Shown in pieces: positions 40,245 through 53,187 of a DNA stretch of 64,000 nt. The stretch comes from Candidatus Krumholzibacteriia bacterium (lineage in GTDB: Bacteria > Krumholzibacteriota > Krumholzibacteriia > LZORAL124-64-63). Under the pieces are notes generated by a model. That model was not told the origin of the DNA, did not search any database, and saw only the letters and a list, made by a program, of their open reading frames with translations. Location: the NCBI GenBank assembly GCA_050174015.1, contig JBFXKG010000002.1, positions 192,001 through 256,000 on the forward strand, given 5' to 3'. Made by a program: the position numbers and the translations under genes. Each line of letters opens with the position of its first letter. Position 1 is the first letter of the stretch.

Positions 40245-41665
40245 GGGCGCTCCCGATGCAGGAAACGGCGGACCGGAAAGGCCGCCAGGGCCAGGTAGAT
40301 CCCGCCCCCGAGGGCGATGCGCGCCGGCACGGGCAGGTCGGCCGTGACCCGGATCACGCCGGCGAGGGCCGCCAAGGGCAGGACCAGGAACAGGAGCAGC
40401 CGCCCGCAGCCGGCGCTGAACAGGTGGCGCTGGTTGGCCGTCACCAGCGTCAGGAGGATGCCGTGGGCGAGGAGCATCGCGCCTGCCGCCCCGGTCGCCC
40501 CCTGGGCGGGGATCCGGACCGCAGTGCCCAGGATCGCGACTCCGGCCGCGATCAGCAAGGGGGTGGTGTACCGGTGCTGCCGCCCCATGGCCAGCAGGGA
40601 GTTGCCCAGGTAAGAGCTGAGGCCCAGCAGGGGGTAGGCCACCGCCAGCAGCTGGAAGGGACGTTCGGCGTCCGGGAACTGCCCCCGGTACAGGAAGGCC
40701 ACGATGTCGCCGCCCAGGAGCACGCCGCCCAGGGCGAGGGGCGCCAGGGCCCCGGCCAGGACCCCGAAGAAGGTGTTGAAGGCCGTCCGGAACCCCGCGG
40801 GGTCGTTGGCGGCCAGCCGGGACAGGCGCGGCAGGAGGGCGGCCCACAGGACGTCCACGGCCACCACCAGGAAGAAGAGAACGCGGGAGGCGGCGGCGTA
40901 GGAACCGGCGACCTCCGGCGAGGCCAGGATGCCCAGCATGAGCAGGTCGACGTTGAGGATGATCCGCAGCACGATGGCGTTGGCGCCGATGGCCGCGGTG
41001 GCCCGCCAGCGGCGGCGCATCTCGCTCCACGCCGGCAGGGTGGGACGGACGAACGATCCCAGCCGGCGGGAAAGCGGGACAGCCACCGCCAGGTTGCCCA
41101 GGGCCATGGAGGCGATCAGCATCAAAGGAACCCAGCGGTGCACCGCCAGGGAGGACCAGTTCCCCAGGACCGGCAGCAGGGCGAGGATGAAGAGCGCGTA
41201 CAGGAGGCTGTTGGCGGTCTTGTTCACCGCGACCCAGGTCATGCGTTCGATGCCCGTGGCGATCCACGACTGGAAGAAGGCCTGGGGCAGGACGGTCAAC
41301 AGGTAGAACAGGAAGACGAGGTTGTCCTCGCGGTAGAAGGGGAGCTGGGGCAGGACCGCCAGGCCCAGGGCAAGGACCACGATCGCCTGCAGCAGCATCA
41401 TCCCGGTCTGGGAACAGGCGTAACGGAACACGGCCCCGGGATCTTCCAGGACGGAGATCTCGCGGACCCCGAGGGTGGCCATGCCCCACTCGGCGATGAT
41501 CAGGGCGTAGGCCATGAAGGCCACGCCGATCTGGATGACCCCGAACCAGTGCGCCCCCAGATGGCCGGCGAGGAAGACCAGGGCCCAGACGTTCAGGAGC
41601 TGGGCGGCGATCTGGCCGGCGGTCAGGATGCTCAGGTTCTGAAGGACGCCTCGGTTCCCGCGCAT
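40241..41665 (-). CDS. wzx: Polysaccharide flippase (Wzx/MATE-like)
   Basis: About 12-14 TM; LG-x-x-x-FG, D-x-LMLG, G-x-Y-x-AA, LPRLS. Confidence 0.82.
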   Translation of the reverse strand: MRGNRGVLQNLSILTAGQIAAQLLNVWALVFLAGHLGAHWFGVIQIGVAFMAYALIIAEWGMATLGVREISVLEDPGAVFRYACSQTGMMLLQAIVVLALGLAVLPQLPFYREDNLVFLFYLLTVLPQAFFQSWIATGIERMTWVAVNKTANSLLYALFILALLPVLGNWSSLAVHRWVPLMLIASMALGNLAVAVPLSRRLGSFVRPTLPAWSEMRRRWRATAAIGANAIVLRIILNVDLLMLGILASPEVAGSYAAASRVLFFLVVAVDVLWAALLPRLSRLAANDPAGFRTAFNTFFGVLAGALAPLALGGVLLGGDIVAFLYRGQFPDAERPFQLLAVAYPLLGLSSYLGNSLLAMGRQHRYTTPLLIAAGVAILGTAVRIPAQGATGAAGAMLLAHGILLTLVTANQRHLFSAGCGRLLLFLVLPLAALAGVIRVTADLPVPARIALGGGIYLALAAFPVRRFLHRERP

Positions 41666-41872
41666 GGGTGTCCTCGGTTGGCGGTCGTGCGACCGGTTCG
41701 GAGAGCCTCTCGGGTGGTCATGGACTATGCAATCAATCCCCCCGCAAGGCAAGGTCGGCCTCGGTCCCCGGACCAGCCGTTGAAATCCCCGGCCGGTTGT
41801 GCGAGATTGTCCGGGCGAATCCGATCCCGGGGCTCCGGGACGGGCACCTCACCAGAAACCCAGAGGATGATG

Positions 41873-42661
41873 ATGCGAAACATCTCCGCGGCGGCCGTGG
41901 CCGTCATCCTGATCGGCGTGCTGGCCGGCGCCGGTTGCCAGAACGACGGGGGCGACCAGGCCGGCAAGACGGCCTTCCAGGAAATCATGCCGGGACTGAG
42001 CTACGTCGATTCGGTGATGGGCGACGGGGCCGTGGTCGAGGCCGACGACTTCGTCGAGGTCCACTACACCGGCTGGTTGTACGAGAACGGGGAGAAGACG
42101 ACCAAGTTCGACAGCTCCGTGGATCGGGGCCTTCCCTTCGCCCTCCTGCTGGGCCGGAGTTTCGTGATCCAGGGGTGGGAGAAGGGTATTCCCGGCATGC
42201 ACGTGGGCGGCAAGCGCACCCTGCTGATCGGTCCGGAGATGGCCTACGGGGAACAGGGCCGGCCGCCGGTGATTCCGCCCAGTTCGACCCTGGCCTTCGA
42301 CATCGAGGTCCTGAGCCTCCCCATGCTGGACATCGAGATCCTGCAGCAGGGCGACGGTCCGGTCGCCGAGCCCGGCGACCAGATCTCGGTCCACTACTCG
42401 GGCTGGATCTGGGAGGGCGGCCAGAAGGGCGCCCTGTTCGACACCTCCCTGTCCCGGGGCGAGCCCTACCGGTTCCGCCTGGGCGCGGGCATGGTCATTC
42501 CGGGCTGGGACGTCGGGCTCGAGGGAATGAAGGTGGGCACCCGGGCCCAGCTGATCATCCCGCCAGCCATGGGCTACGGAGCCCAGGGATACGGCCAGTC
42601 CATTCCGCCGAACTCCACCCTGGTGTTCGAGGTGGAACTCGTCTCGATCGAGAACAAGTAG
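41873..42661 (+). CDS. Lipoprotein with two FKBP-type peptidyl-prolyl isomerase domains
   Basis: GAGC lipobox; VHYTGW...FDSS...VI-x-GW...AYG...IPP motif occurs twice. Confidence 0.92.
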   Translation: MRNISAAAVAVILIGVLAGAGCQNDGGDQAGKTAFQEIMPGLSYVDSVMGDGAVVEADDFVEVHYTGWLYENGEKTTKFDSSVDRGLPFALLLGRSFVIQGWEKGIPGMHVGGKRTLLIGPEMAYGEQGRPPVIPPSSTLAFDIEVLSLPMLDIEILQQGDGPVAEPGDQISVHYSGWIWEGGQKGALFDTSLSRGEPYRFRLGAGMVIPGWDVGLEGMKVGTRAQLIIPPAMGYGAQGYGQSIPPNSTLVFEVELVSIENK

Positions 42662-42707
42662 GCGGGGCTGATCTTCCCCCGGCCGGTCTTGGCTTGTTGG
42701 TCTTCGC

Positions 42708-42736
42708 TTGCGGGACCCGGGGGATTTTGCTAGAAT
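42708..42736 (+). promoter_or_regulatory. sigma70-type promoter for hppA
   Basis: TTGCGG-17-TAGAAT with extended -10 TG. Confidence 0.55.
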
Positions 42737-42827
42737 TGTCTCGTTTTCAGGGCAGACGCTCGGTCCCGGGCGTCTGTCTTTATTGAGCCCGTCCATCCGG
42801 ATCCACCCCCTGTGCAGGAGGAAAACC

Positions 42828-44849
<2,022 letters not shown>

Positions 44850-44874
44850 CCGCGATCCCCCGACGATTCCCCGG

Positions 44875-44906
44875 ACCGGCCCCTCCCCGCAGGAGGGGCC
44901 GGTTTT
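44875..44906 (+). terminator. Rho-independent terminator
   Basis: ACCGGCCCCTCC-CCGCA-GGAGGGGCCGGT-TTT. Confidence 0.8.
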
Positions 44907-44980
44907 CCTCAATACCCTCCTCACGATTCCCGATAACCGGAGCAGGATTCCTGCAGACCGGAGCATCGAGGAGGCTTGCC

Positions 44981-46237
<1,257 letters not shown>

Positions 46238-46284
46238 CGGTCCCCGATCCGGTGTTGGCGTGCAGGCCCGGTTCCCTGCCCACC

Positions 46285-46473
46285 CGGCACGGGGATACCT
46301 GGGGTGACGACAACGGATTTTCCCATTTGCGGGCGTCGTTCCTGGGACCCACCATTACGGTACCGTTGCACCGGGGGAGGCTGGTCCTGGGGACCTGGCA
46401 ACAGATCGTGGTCATCGACCACGACAACGACCCCCGGGAGCGCCGCATCTTCGTGCAGGTCGTGGGGGAGTGA
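46285..46473 (+). pseudogene. yjbQ: 3' fragment of yjbQ (UPF0047) gene
   Basis: RHGDTWGDDNGFSHLRAS-x-x-GP...L-x-LGTWQQI-x-x-x-D-x-D-x-x-PR-x-R; N-terminal half absent. Confidence 0.75.
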
Positions 46474-46502
46474 CCCGGCGGCCGCCACCAGGAGAGGGAA
46501 CG

Positions 46503-47807
46503 ATGGCTGATCCCAGACTGTCCGCGCACTTCGCCTCCCGCCAACCTTCGGTCATCCGCCTGGCCCAGATCGAGTTCGCGTCCCGCACCGACGGCACCGA
46601 GGCCCTGAACACGGCCATCGGCAACGTCTCGCTCCCCATGCATCCGGCCATGCAGGAGCGCCTGCGCACCCTGGGCGCAGCCCCCAGTCCCTTCGCCGGG
46701 GGCGTGGTGAAGTACACCGCGACGGTCGGCCTGCCCGAGACCAATGCGGCCTTCAGGAACATCATCGCCGCCAGCGGATTCCCCACCGAAGGACTCTTGA
46801 CCCAGGTCACCGACGGGGGCAGCCAGGCCATGGAACTGGTCGTCGTCGGGTGCTGCGGGCCGGCGGGATCGAGGGAACGGCCCCTGCTGCTGATCGACGC
46901 GGCCTACACCAACTACAAGGCCTTCGCCGAGCGGCTGGGTAGGGCGACGGTCTCCATCACGCGGAACCTCGGGCAGGACGGGCGCTTCTCCCTGCCCGGG
47001 ATCGACGAGATCGAGTCCGTCATCCGGGAGCACCGTCCCGGCGCCATGGTCGTCATCCCCTACGACAACCCGACCGGCCAGCTCTACGACCGCCGGTCCC
47101 TGGCCGCCCTGGGACGTCTGTGCGTGGAGTACGGGATGTGGATGATCAGCGACGAGGCCTACCGGGAGCTCTACTACTCGGGTGACGAGCCCATCAGCGT
47201 CTGGGGCCTGACCGAGCAGGACGTGCCGGGCATCACCGGGCGCCGCATCAGCATCGAGACCGCCTCGAAGGTCTGGAACGCCTGCGGCCTGCGCATCGGC
47301 GGCCTGGTCACCGACAGCCCGGAGTTCCACAAGCGGGCGGTCGCCGAGAACACCGCCGGCCTGTGCAGCAACATCATCGGCCAGTGGATCTTCGCCGGGC
47401 TGGCCGCCGAATCCCACGCCGACCTTCAGGCATGGTTCGCGCGCCAGCGGGATTACTACCGCGGCATGCTCCAGACCTTCACGGACCGGACCCGGCAGCT
47501 CCTGCCCGGGGTCATCGTCTCCCGTCCGGACGCCAGCATCTACTCGGTGGTCGATGTCAGGGACATCGCGCCTGCGGATTTCGACGCCCTCCAGTTCGTC
47601 CTGTACTGCGCGCGCGAGGGGAAGGTCGAGATCGAGGGCAGGCCCCTGACCCTCCTGACCGCCCCCATGGCGGGGTTCTACAGCGTTCCCGGGGGCGGAC
47701 CCAATCCCGGCCGCACCCAGATGCGGATCGCCTACGTCGAATCCCCGGAGAACATGGCCCTGGTGCCCGACCTGCTGGCGGGGCTGCTGGAGCGGTACCT
47801 GGCCTGA
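46503..47807 (+). CDS. PLP-dependent aminotransferase class I/II
   Basis: AIGN, GGSQA, PYDNPTG, SDEAY, SKVWNACGLRIG. Confidence 0.9.
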   Translation: MADPRLSAHFASRQPSVIRLAQIEFASRTDGTEALNTAIGNVSLPMHPAMQERLRTLGAAPSPFAGGVVKYTATVGLPETNAAFRNIIAASGFPTEGLLTQVTDGGSQAMELVVVGCCGPAGSRERPLLLIDAAYTNYKAFAERLGRATVSITRNLGQDGRFSLPGIDEIESVIREHRPGAMVVIPYDNPTGQLYDRRSLAALGRLCVEYGMWMISDEAYRELYYSGDEPISVWGLTEQDVPGITGRRISIETASKVWNACGLRIGGLVTDSPEFHKRAVAENTAGLCSNIIGQWIFAGLAAESHADLQAWFARQRDYYRGMLQTFTDRTRQLLPGVIVSRPDASIYSVVDVRDIAPADFDALQFVLYCAREGKVEIEGRPLTLLTAPMAGFYSVPGGGPNPGRTQMRIAYVESPENMALVPDLLAGLLERYLA

Positions 47808-47828
47808 TGCCATGGTCCGACATGGTGC

Positions 47829-47861
47829 GAGGCCCGGTTTCCCCTGGGGAAGCCGGGCCTC
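47829..47861. terminator. GC hairpin between convergent genes
   Basis: GAGGCCCGGTTTCCC...GGGAAGCCGGGCCTC. Confidence 0.7.
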
Positions 47862-47879
47862 TTGCCGTCGCAGGACCGC

Positions 47880-48548
47880 CTAGCGGAACAGGGCCTTGAC
47901 CCCGGACCAGCTGCTGGGCTCGGCCGCCACGATGGTGTTGTAGGTGATCTCCAGCAGGGGACGGTAGTCGGGCATCGGCACCTGCTCGCCGGTGTAGAAG
48001 TTCAGCCAGGCCCACTGCGGCAGGGGATTCATCTTCACGGCCCAGCCCACCAGGACTCCGGATGGCCGGGTTCCGGCGACGTCAGGGGTGACGTTCCAGG
48101 TCGCCCATCCCGGAGGATTGAAGGTCCCGGTGGCCGAAGCTGTGGGCAGGTGGAAGTAGGCCGGAGGCGCGTTCCAGGTGACGGCGTTCTCGTCCCAGCC
48201 CGGGCTGGTGACCAGGTGGACGTCGACGGTGAAGGTCTGCTCGGGAGTCCCGTACTTCTCGTGCTTGCAGAGCCACAGCTCGGCGTTGGTGATCTCGGCG
48301 TTGTAAGGGACCGCGGTCATGTCGAACTGGTAGAAGCTCAGGCAGGTGCCGCCGAGCTGGGAGGCCCGGTCGCCGACGTAGCTGTTCAGCGAGGCGCCGT
48401 AGTTGGCGTCAGGGTAGGCGCTGTCGACGTAGGCGTCGTCGGTGGCGCGGAGCTGGACGGTGGCGAATTCGGCCGGAGCGGAGCTGGACAGGATCAGCAG
48501 GACCGCCGCCGCGAGGACGGTCGGGATCGGCGTGTGCAAGGTTTTCAT
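47880..48548 (-). CDS. Secreted DNRLRE/CBM96-like domain protein with C-terminal SWSGVKALFR tag
   Basis: Signal peptide; DAYV-x-x-x-x-PD-x-NYG, FD, A-x-L-x-L, WDE-x-x-VTWN, P-x-L-x-ITY. Confidence 0.78.
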   Translation of the reverse strand: MKTLHTPIPTVLAAAVLLILSSSAPAEFATVQLRATDDAYVDSAYPDANYGASLNSYVGDRASQLGGTCLSFYQFDMTAVPYNAEITNAELWLCKHEKYGTPEQTFTVDVHLVTSPGWDENAVTWNAPPAYFHLPTASATGTFNPPGWATWNVTPDVAGTRPSGVLVGWAVKMNPLPQWAWLNFYTGEQVPMPDYRPLLEITYNTIVAAEPSSWSGVKALFR

Positions 48549-48627
48549 GGCATCCCTCCTGGTTGGGATGGGGGATCGGGTGCAACCAGGATGTTTGGCG
48601 GGACGGAATGATCTTACTCTTGCGTTT

Positions 48628-49317
48628 TCATTTGTCCCGGGCAGCTTCCGCGAAGGCGGCGGCCGCCCTTTCCGTCAGTTCGTCCTGCAGGAGGGGTTCG
48701 ATCAGTCCGGGGGTCAGGGTGAAGGTGTCCAGACCCTCGGCGGCCAGGGCGAGGACCTGTTCGGGCCGGCGCAGGCTGGCCACCAGCAGCCGGACCGGGG
48801 AGGCCGTCCCGGTGAGGATCCGGTGCATGGCCAGGATCTGGGCGAGACCGTCCCGACCCGCATCGTCCAGGCGGCCGAGATAGGGGGCCGCGTAGGCGGC
48901 CCCGAGCGACGCGGCGGCCAGGACCTGGCCGGGATTGAACACCGCGGTCAGGGTCACGGCGGCGCCTTCGCTCCTGAGGGCGGCTGCGGCGGCGAGTCCG
49001 GCTGCGGTGGCCGGGACCTTGACGGCGACGGCCAGCCCCTTGCCGGCGCACGCGGCCAGTTCGCGCCCGTGCGCGGCCATCTCCTCGGCCGTGTCGCCCC
49101 AGGTCTGAAGGTGGATCTCCCGGGAGCCCTGGGCCGCGGCCTCGCCGGCCAGGCGGCGCAGGGATTCGACCGTGCAGGGAACGCCCGCCCGTTCCAGCAG
49201 CAGGGGATTGGTGGTGACCCCGTGGAAGATGCCCAGGGGCAGGTGGCGGCGCCACCGGTCGATCTCGGCGGTGTCGAGGAACAGGCGAAGGCGGGTGGGG
49301 GCGGCCGCATGCGTCAT
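48628..49317 (-). CDS. Transaldolase family protein, fructose-6-phosphate aldolase-like
   Basis: LFLDTA, GVTTNP, VKVP (Schiff-base Lys), AAPYLGR, LVASLR. Confidence 0.85.
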   Translation of the reverse strand: MTHAAAPTRLRLFLDTAEIDRWRRHLPLGIFHGVTTNPLLLERAGVPCTVESLRRLAGEAAAQGSREIHLQTWGDTAEEMAAHGRELAACAGKGLAVAVKVPATAAGLAAAAALRSEGAAVTLTAVFNPGQVLAAASLGAAYAAPYLGRLDDAGRDGLAQILAMHRILTGTASPVRLLVASLRRPEQVLALAAEGLDTFTLTPGLIEPLLQDELTERAAAAFAEAARDK

Positions 49318-49342
49318 GAGGCGATCCTTCCGGGGTGAGGGT

Positions 49343-50056
49343 TCAGGCCGGTCCGCCGAACAGGTTCAGTTGCCCCGGCCCGTCGTCCCAGACCGGTTCG
49401 ACGCATTCGGGCCGGTCGAACTCCGGCCGGTTGACCCGGGGCGTCACGGGATAGGCCAGCAGATCCTCGACCGGGGCCGGCTTCAGCAGGGCCAGGCAAA
49501 GATCGGCCTTGTCCGGGTCGAGATCCAGCCAGAGCTTCCAGTCGCCGGGCGGCAGGATGACGGGCATCCGGTGGTGGATGGGGCGCATCAGGCTGTTGGC
49601 CCCGGTGGTCACGATGGCGCAGGTTTCCAGGGTCCGCCGGCCGGGGTACTCCCAGCGCGCCCAGACCCCGGCCAGGGCGAAGACCCCCTTGTCCTTGCGT
49701 CGCATCAGGAACGGCTGCCGTTCCTTGCCGCGTTTCTGCCACTCGTAGAAACCGTCCACGGGGATCAGACAGCGCCGATGGATGAAGGATTCGGCGAAGG
49801 CGGGCTTTTCGGTGATGGTCTCGCCGCGGGCGTTGATCAGCTTGGGCCCCCCGGAAGGGTCCCTGCTCCAGGGCGGCACCAGGCCCCAGTCGAGCAGGCG
49901 GATGATGCGCCCGGGACCCTCCGGCAGGGGCAGGACCGCGGCGAGGGGGCCGCCGGGGGCGATGTTGAATCGAGGCGCCAGGTCCGGTACCTGGTCGAGG
50001 TAGAAGGCCTCGGCCAGGACGTGGGGGGGGCTGGTGAGCATGATGCGGCCGCACAC
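49343..50056 (-). CDS. SOS response-associated peptidase (SRAP; YedK/HMCES-like)
   Basis: MCGR N-terminus, RFNIAP, WGLVP, INAR-x-ET, RCLIP-x-DGFYEW, H-x-RMPVIL. Confidence 0.93.
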   Translation of the reverse strand: MCGRIMLTSPPHVLAEAFYLDQVPDLAPRFNIAPGGPLAAVLPLPEGPGRIIRLLDWGLVPPWSRDPSGGPKLINARGETITEKPAFAESFIHRRCLIPVDGFYEWQKRGKERQPFLMRRKDKGVFALAGVWARWEYPGRRTLETCAIVTTGANSLMRPIHHRMPVILPPGDWKLWLDLDPDKADLCLALLKPAPVEDLLAYPVTPRVNRPEFDRPECVEPVWDDGPGQLNLFGGPA

Positions 50057-50212
50057 GGGTGATCCTTTCGCTTGCAGGCGGGAATCCGGACCGCCGGATG
50101 ATACACTCCCTCAGGCCGTCCTGCCACCGGGGAGGCGGGCCGGGGAATCGCTTGATCCTCCGGGCGACTTGTCGATAATGGCGGGAGGACTTCAACGCGC
50201 GGGGGCGAAGCG

Positions 50213-50848
50213 ATGCAGAAATACGTGATCATGGGGGTGCAGGGCTGCGGCAAGGGGACCCAGGCCAAGCTGCTGGCCGAGGCCTACGACCTGGTCCACA
50301 TCAGCGTGGGGGACATCTTCCGCCGGCAGATCCAGAACCACACCAAGCTGGCCGCCCGCATCAAGCGGATCGTGGCCGGAGGCATGCTGGTTCCGGACGA
50401 CATCGTGGCCGAGATCATCCACCGCCGCCTGAGCGAGCACGACTGGAACTACGGCTTCATCCTGGACGGGTTCCCCCGCAACGCGCCGCAGGCCGAGTTC
50501 TTCCTCGAGAGCTTCGACATCGATGCGGTGATCAACATCGAGGTGCCCGACGAGGTGGTGCTCCAGCGGGTCCTGGCCCGGCGCCTCTGCAGCAACTGCG
50601 GTCTGGACTACAATCTCATCTTCCACCGGCCCGAGGTTCCCAACCGGTGCGACGTCTGCGGCGGCGACCTGGTCCCACGGGCGGACGACACCGAGACCAC
50701 GGTCCGTCGCCGCATCGAGGACTTCCACCAGAAGACCAGGCCCGTTCTGGCCCTTTTCGCCCAGAAGGAACTGGTGGTCTCGGCGGACGGCACCGGGACG
50801 GTCGAGGAAGTCCAGGCCGACATCCGCAAGAAACTGGGGCTGGCCTGA
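50213..50848 (+). CDS. adk: Adenylate kinase (Zn-lid type)
   Basis: G-x-QG-x-GKGTQA, HIS-x-GD-x-FR, LDGFPR, CxxC...CxxC lid, RADD. Confidence 0.9.
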   Translation: MQKYVIMGVQGCGKGTQAKLLAEAYDLVHISVGDIFRRQIQNHTKLAARIKRIVAGGMLVPDDIVAEIIHRRLSEHDWNYGFILDGFPRNAPQAEFFLESFDIDAVINIEVPDEVVLQRVLARRLCSNCGLDYNLIFHRPEVPNRCDVCGGDLVPRADDTETTVRRRIEDFHQKTRPVLALFAQKELVVSADGTGTVEEVQADIRKKLGLA

Positions 50849-50889
50849 CGGCCAGCCCCCCTTCGTGAATCCCCTGTTCCGGTCACACC

Positions 50890-53064
50890 TCAGGAAGCCG
50901 CCCGGGCCGCTTTCCTCAGGGCCTTGCGCTCGTGGATGGGCAGGACCAGGGTGGGGTCCTGTTTGATGCGGCCTTTCTGGATCAGGAACACGACGCCCCA
51001 CAGGATGATGCCCAGGCCGTCGACGGCCAGCGAAGGCAGGTCCACCGTGGGGGTGACGGCGTGGATGATCCCGGGAAAGAACAGGATGAGGGTGGCCACG
51101 GCCATGATGCCCCATTCCAGCAGGCTCATCCCGCAGGCCAGATAGCCCATGGTCAGGCTGCCGAAGGCGATCGTCCCCAGGGCGATGGTGAGGAAGGCCA
51201 TGAAGATCTCCAGCGGGGTGCCGTCCAGCAGGAAGCCCCGGCTGTAGGCGAAGAGGAAGGGCCCGACGTAGAGGAACTTGGCGAACTTGAAGCTGGTCCA
51301 GCCGGTCTTCCAGGGATCGGAGCCGGCGATGGCCGCTCCCGCGTAGGCCGCCACGCAGACCGGCGGGGTGATGTTCGAATCCTGGCTGAACCAGTAGACG
51401 ATCATGTGCGAGGCGATCAGGACCCAGGCCGCATGCTGGGCGGAACTGGCGATCAACGCCCTGTAAGCATCGACGGACAGATCCCCCATGGCGGGGTTCT
51501 GGAGTTCGGCGAAGGATACCCCGAAGTTCTGCATGGCGATCATGTTCGAGACCGAGCCCACGGTGAGCACCGCGGTGATCAGGTAGGCGGCGGTCACCGG
51601 GACGCCCATGCCCAGAACCAGGGAGGCGACACCGATCAGGAGGATGGCCACCGGCAGGAATCCGCCCGACAGGCTGATGATGATGTCGGAGAACTTCAGG
51701 CCGATGCCCGAAAGGCTGATGGTGCCCACGATGATGCCGATCACGCCGACGGTCGCTCCGATGATCAACGTGTTCCGGGCCCCCTCGATCATGGCGTCGA
51801 TGATCCGGCGCCAGCCCATCCTGTGGTCGGCGGTGCCCCAGCTGACGACGACGCAGCTCAGGGTTGCAAGCACCGCCGCGAAGCCCGCGCTGAAACCCAT
51901 CAGCATCATCACCACGATGATGACCAGAGGCGTGGCCAGGAACCACTCCTTCCTGAGGATCTGCCAGGCCGTCGGGGCGTCGGGATCGACCTTGCCGTAG
52001 ATCCCGTACCGCTTGGCCTCGAAATGGATCATGACGAAGACCGACAGGAAGTACATGACGGCCGGGAAGATGGCCATCTTCATGATCTCGACGTAGGGGA
52101 TCTCCGTCATCTCGGCCATGAGGAAGCCGCCGGCGCCCATGATGGGGGGCATGAACATCCCCCCGATGGAAGCGGCGGGCTCGATGGCCCCCGCCACGTG
52201 GGGCTTGAATCCGGCCTTCTTCATCATGGGAATGGTGAAGGCGCCGGTCGATACGGTGTTGGCGATGGCCGAGCCGCTCACCGAACCGAAGAACCCCGAG
52301 GCGATGACGGCGACCTTGGCAGGGCCGCCGACGGTCCGGCCGGCCAGGGCCAGGGGCAGGTCGATGAAGAACTTGCTGGCCCCGGAGGCCTTCAGGAACG
52401 AGCCGAAGAAGATGAACAGGATCACGTAGGTCACCAGGACGTCGGCCATGATCCCGAAGACCCCGTCCTGGTTGTAGAAGAGGAAGTTGAGGGCGCGGGC
52501 GATGCGGAACCCGTCGTGGGCGAAGGCGCCCAGCACGGGCAGACCGTCGAGCAGGTTGCCGAACAGGAGGTAGGCCAGGAAGACCACCCCGGCCATGGTC
52601 ATGCTCAGGCCCAGGACGCGGCGGGCCGCCTCCAGGGACACCAGGATGCCCACGACGGCCACGAAGGTGTCGGTGGAGGATTCGGAACCCATGCGATAGT
52701 TCAGTTCGGCGTACTCGAGGATCCAGTAACCGACCACGCCGATCGAGACGAAGGACAGCAGGATGTCCGAGACGGAGGGGCGGTCGGTCCGGGACCTGGC
52801 GGTCATGGGGTAGGTCAGGAACACCATCACGAAGGTGAGCAGGACGTACACGCCCAGGAAATACTGCGTGTCCACGGGCCGGATCGCCGCGTTGTACATG
52901 TAGAACAGGACCATGACCAGGCCCAGGGCGGAGGTCAACATGTACCAGAAGCTCTTCAGGTCTCGCCCGGACTTCGCGTCCTTCTCCATCAATTCATCGA
53001 GGACGGCCTGATCGGCGCCCTCGGGCAGGTCGTCCCGGGTGGTGTCGTTGTCGGGTCCGCTCAT
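50890..53064 (-). CDS. TRAP transporter fused 4TM/12TM permease (TAXI type)
   Basis: GGPAKVAV, SGSA-x-AN, AS-x-GG-x-x-MPP-x-MGA, LGMG-x-P, ITPPV. Confidence 0.93.
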   Translation of the reverse strand: MSGPDNDTTRDDLPEGADQAVLDELMEKDAKSGRDLKSFWYMLTSALGLVMVLFYMYNAAIRPVDTQYFLGVYVLLTFVMVFLTYPMTARSRTDRPSVSDILLSFVSIGVVGYWILEYAELNYRMGSESSTDTFVAVVGILVSLEAARRVLGLSMTMAGVVFLAYLLFGNLLDGLPVLGAFAHDGFRIARALNFLFYNQDGVFGIMADVLVTYVILFIFFGSFLKASGASKFFIDLPLALAGRTVGGPAKVAVIASGFFGSVSGSAIANTVSTGAFTIPMMKKAGFKPHVAGAIEPAASIGGMFMPPIMGAGGFLMAEMTEIPYVEIMKMAIFPAVMYFLSVFVMIHFEAKRYGIYGKVDPDAPTAWQILRKEWFLATPLVIIVVMMLMGFSAGFAAVLATLSCVVVSWGTADHRMGWRRIIDAMIEGARNTLIIGATVGVIGIIVGTISLSGIGLKFSDIIISLSGGFLPVAILLIGVASLVLGMGVPVTAAYLITAVLTVGSVSNMIAMQNFGVSFAELQNPAMGDLSVDAYRALIASSAQHAAWVLIASHMIVYWFSQDSNITPPVCVAAYAGAAIAGSDPWKTGWTSFKFAKFLYVGPFLFAYSRGFLLDGTPLEIFMAFLTIALGTIAFGSLTMGYLACGMSLLEWGIMAVATLILFFPGIIHAVTPTVDLPSLAVDGLGIILWGVVFLIQKGRIKQDPTLVLPIHERKALRKAARAAS

Positions 53065-53187
53065 GGGGCTCGGCTTTCTTCGTTTCGGGTTCTTTCCTCG
53101 TGTCGGCAAGAGGGGGAAGGCAAGGCCCTCCCCCTCGGTTTCCTCAGGACCTCGTCGATGGGGCTGTCCGGTGGACGGCCGGCCCCA

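Noticed and set aside
44936..44965. ACCGGAGCA direct repeat upstream of the pseudopilin gene as a target-site duplication
   Set aside because: Both copies lie on the same side of the gene, and 9 bp is too short to interpret.
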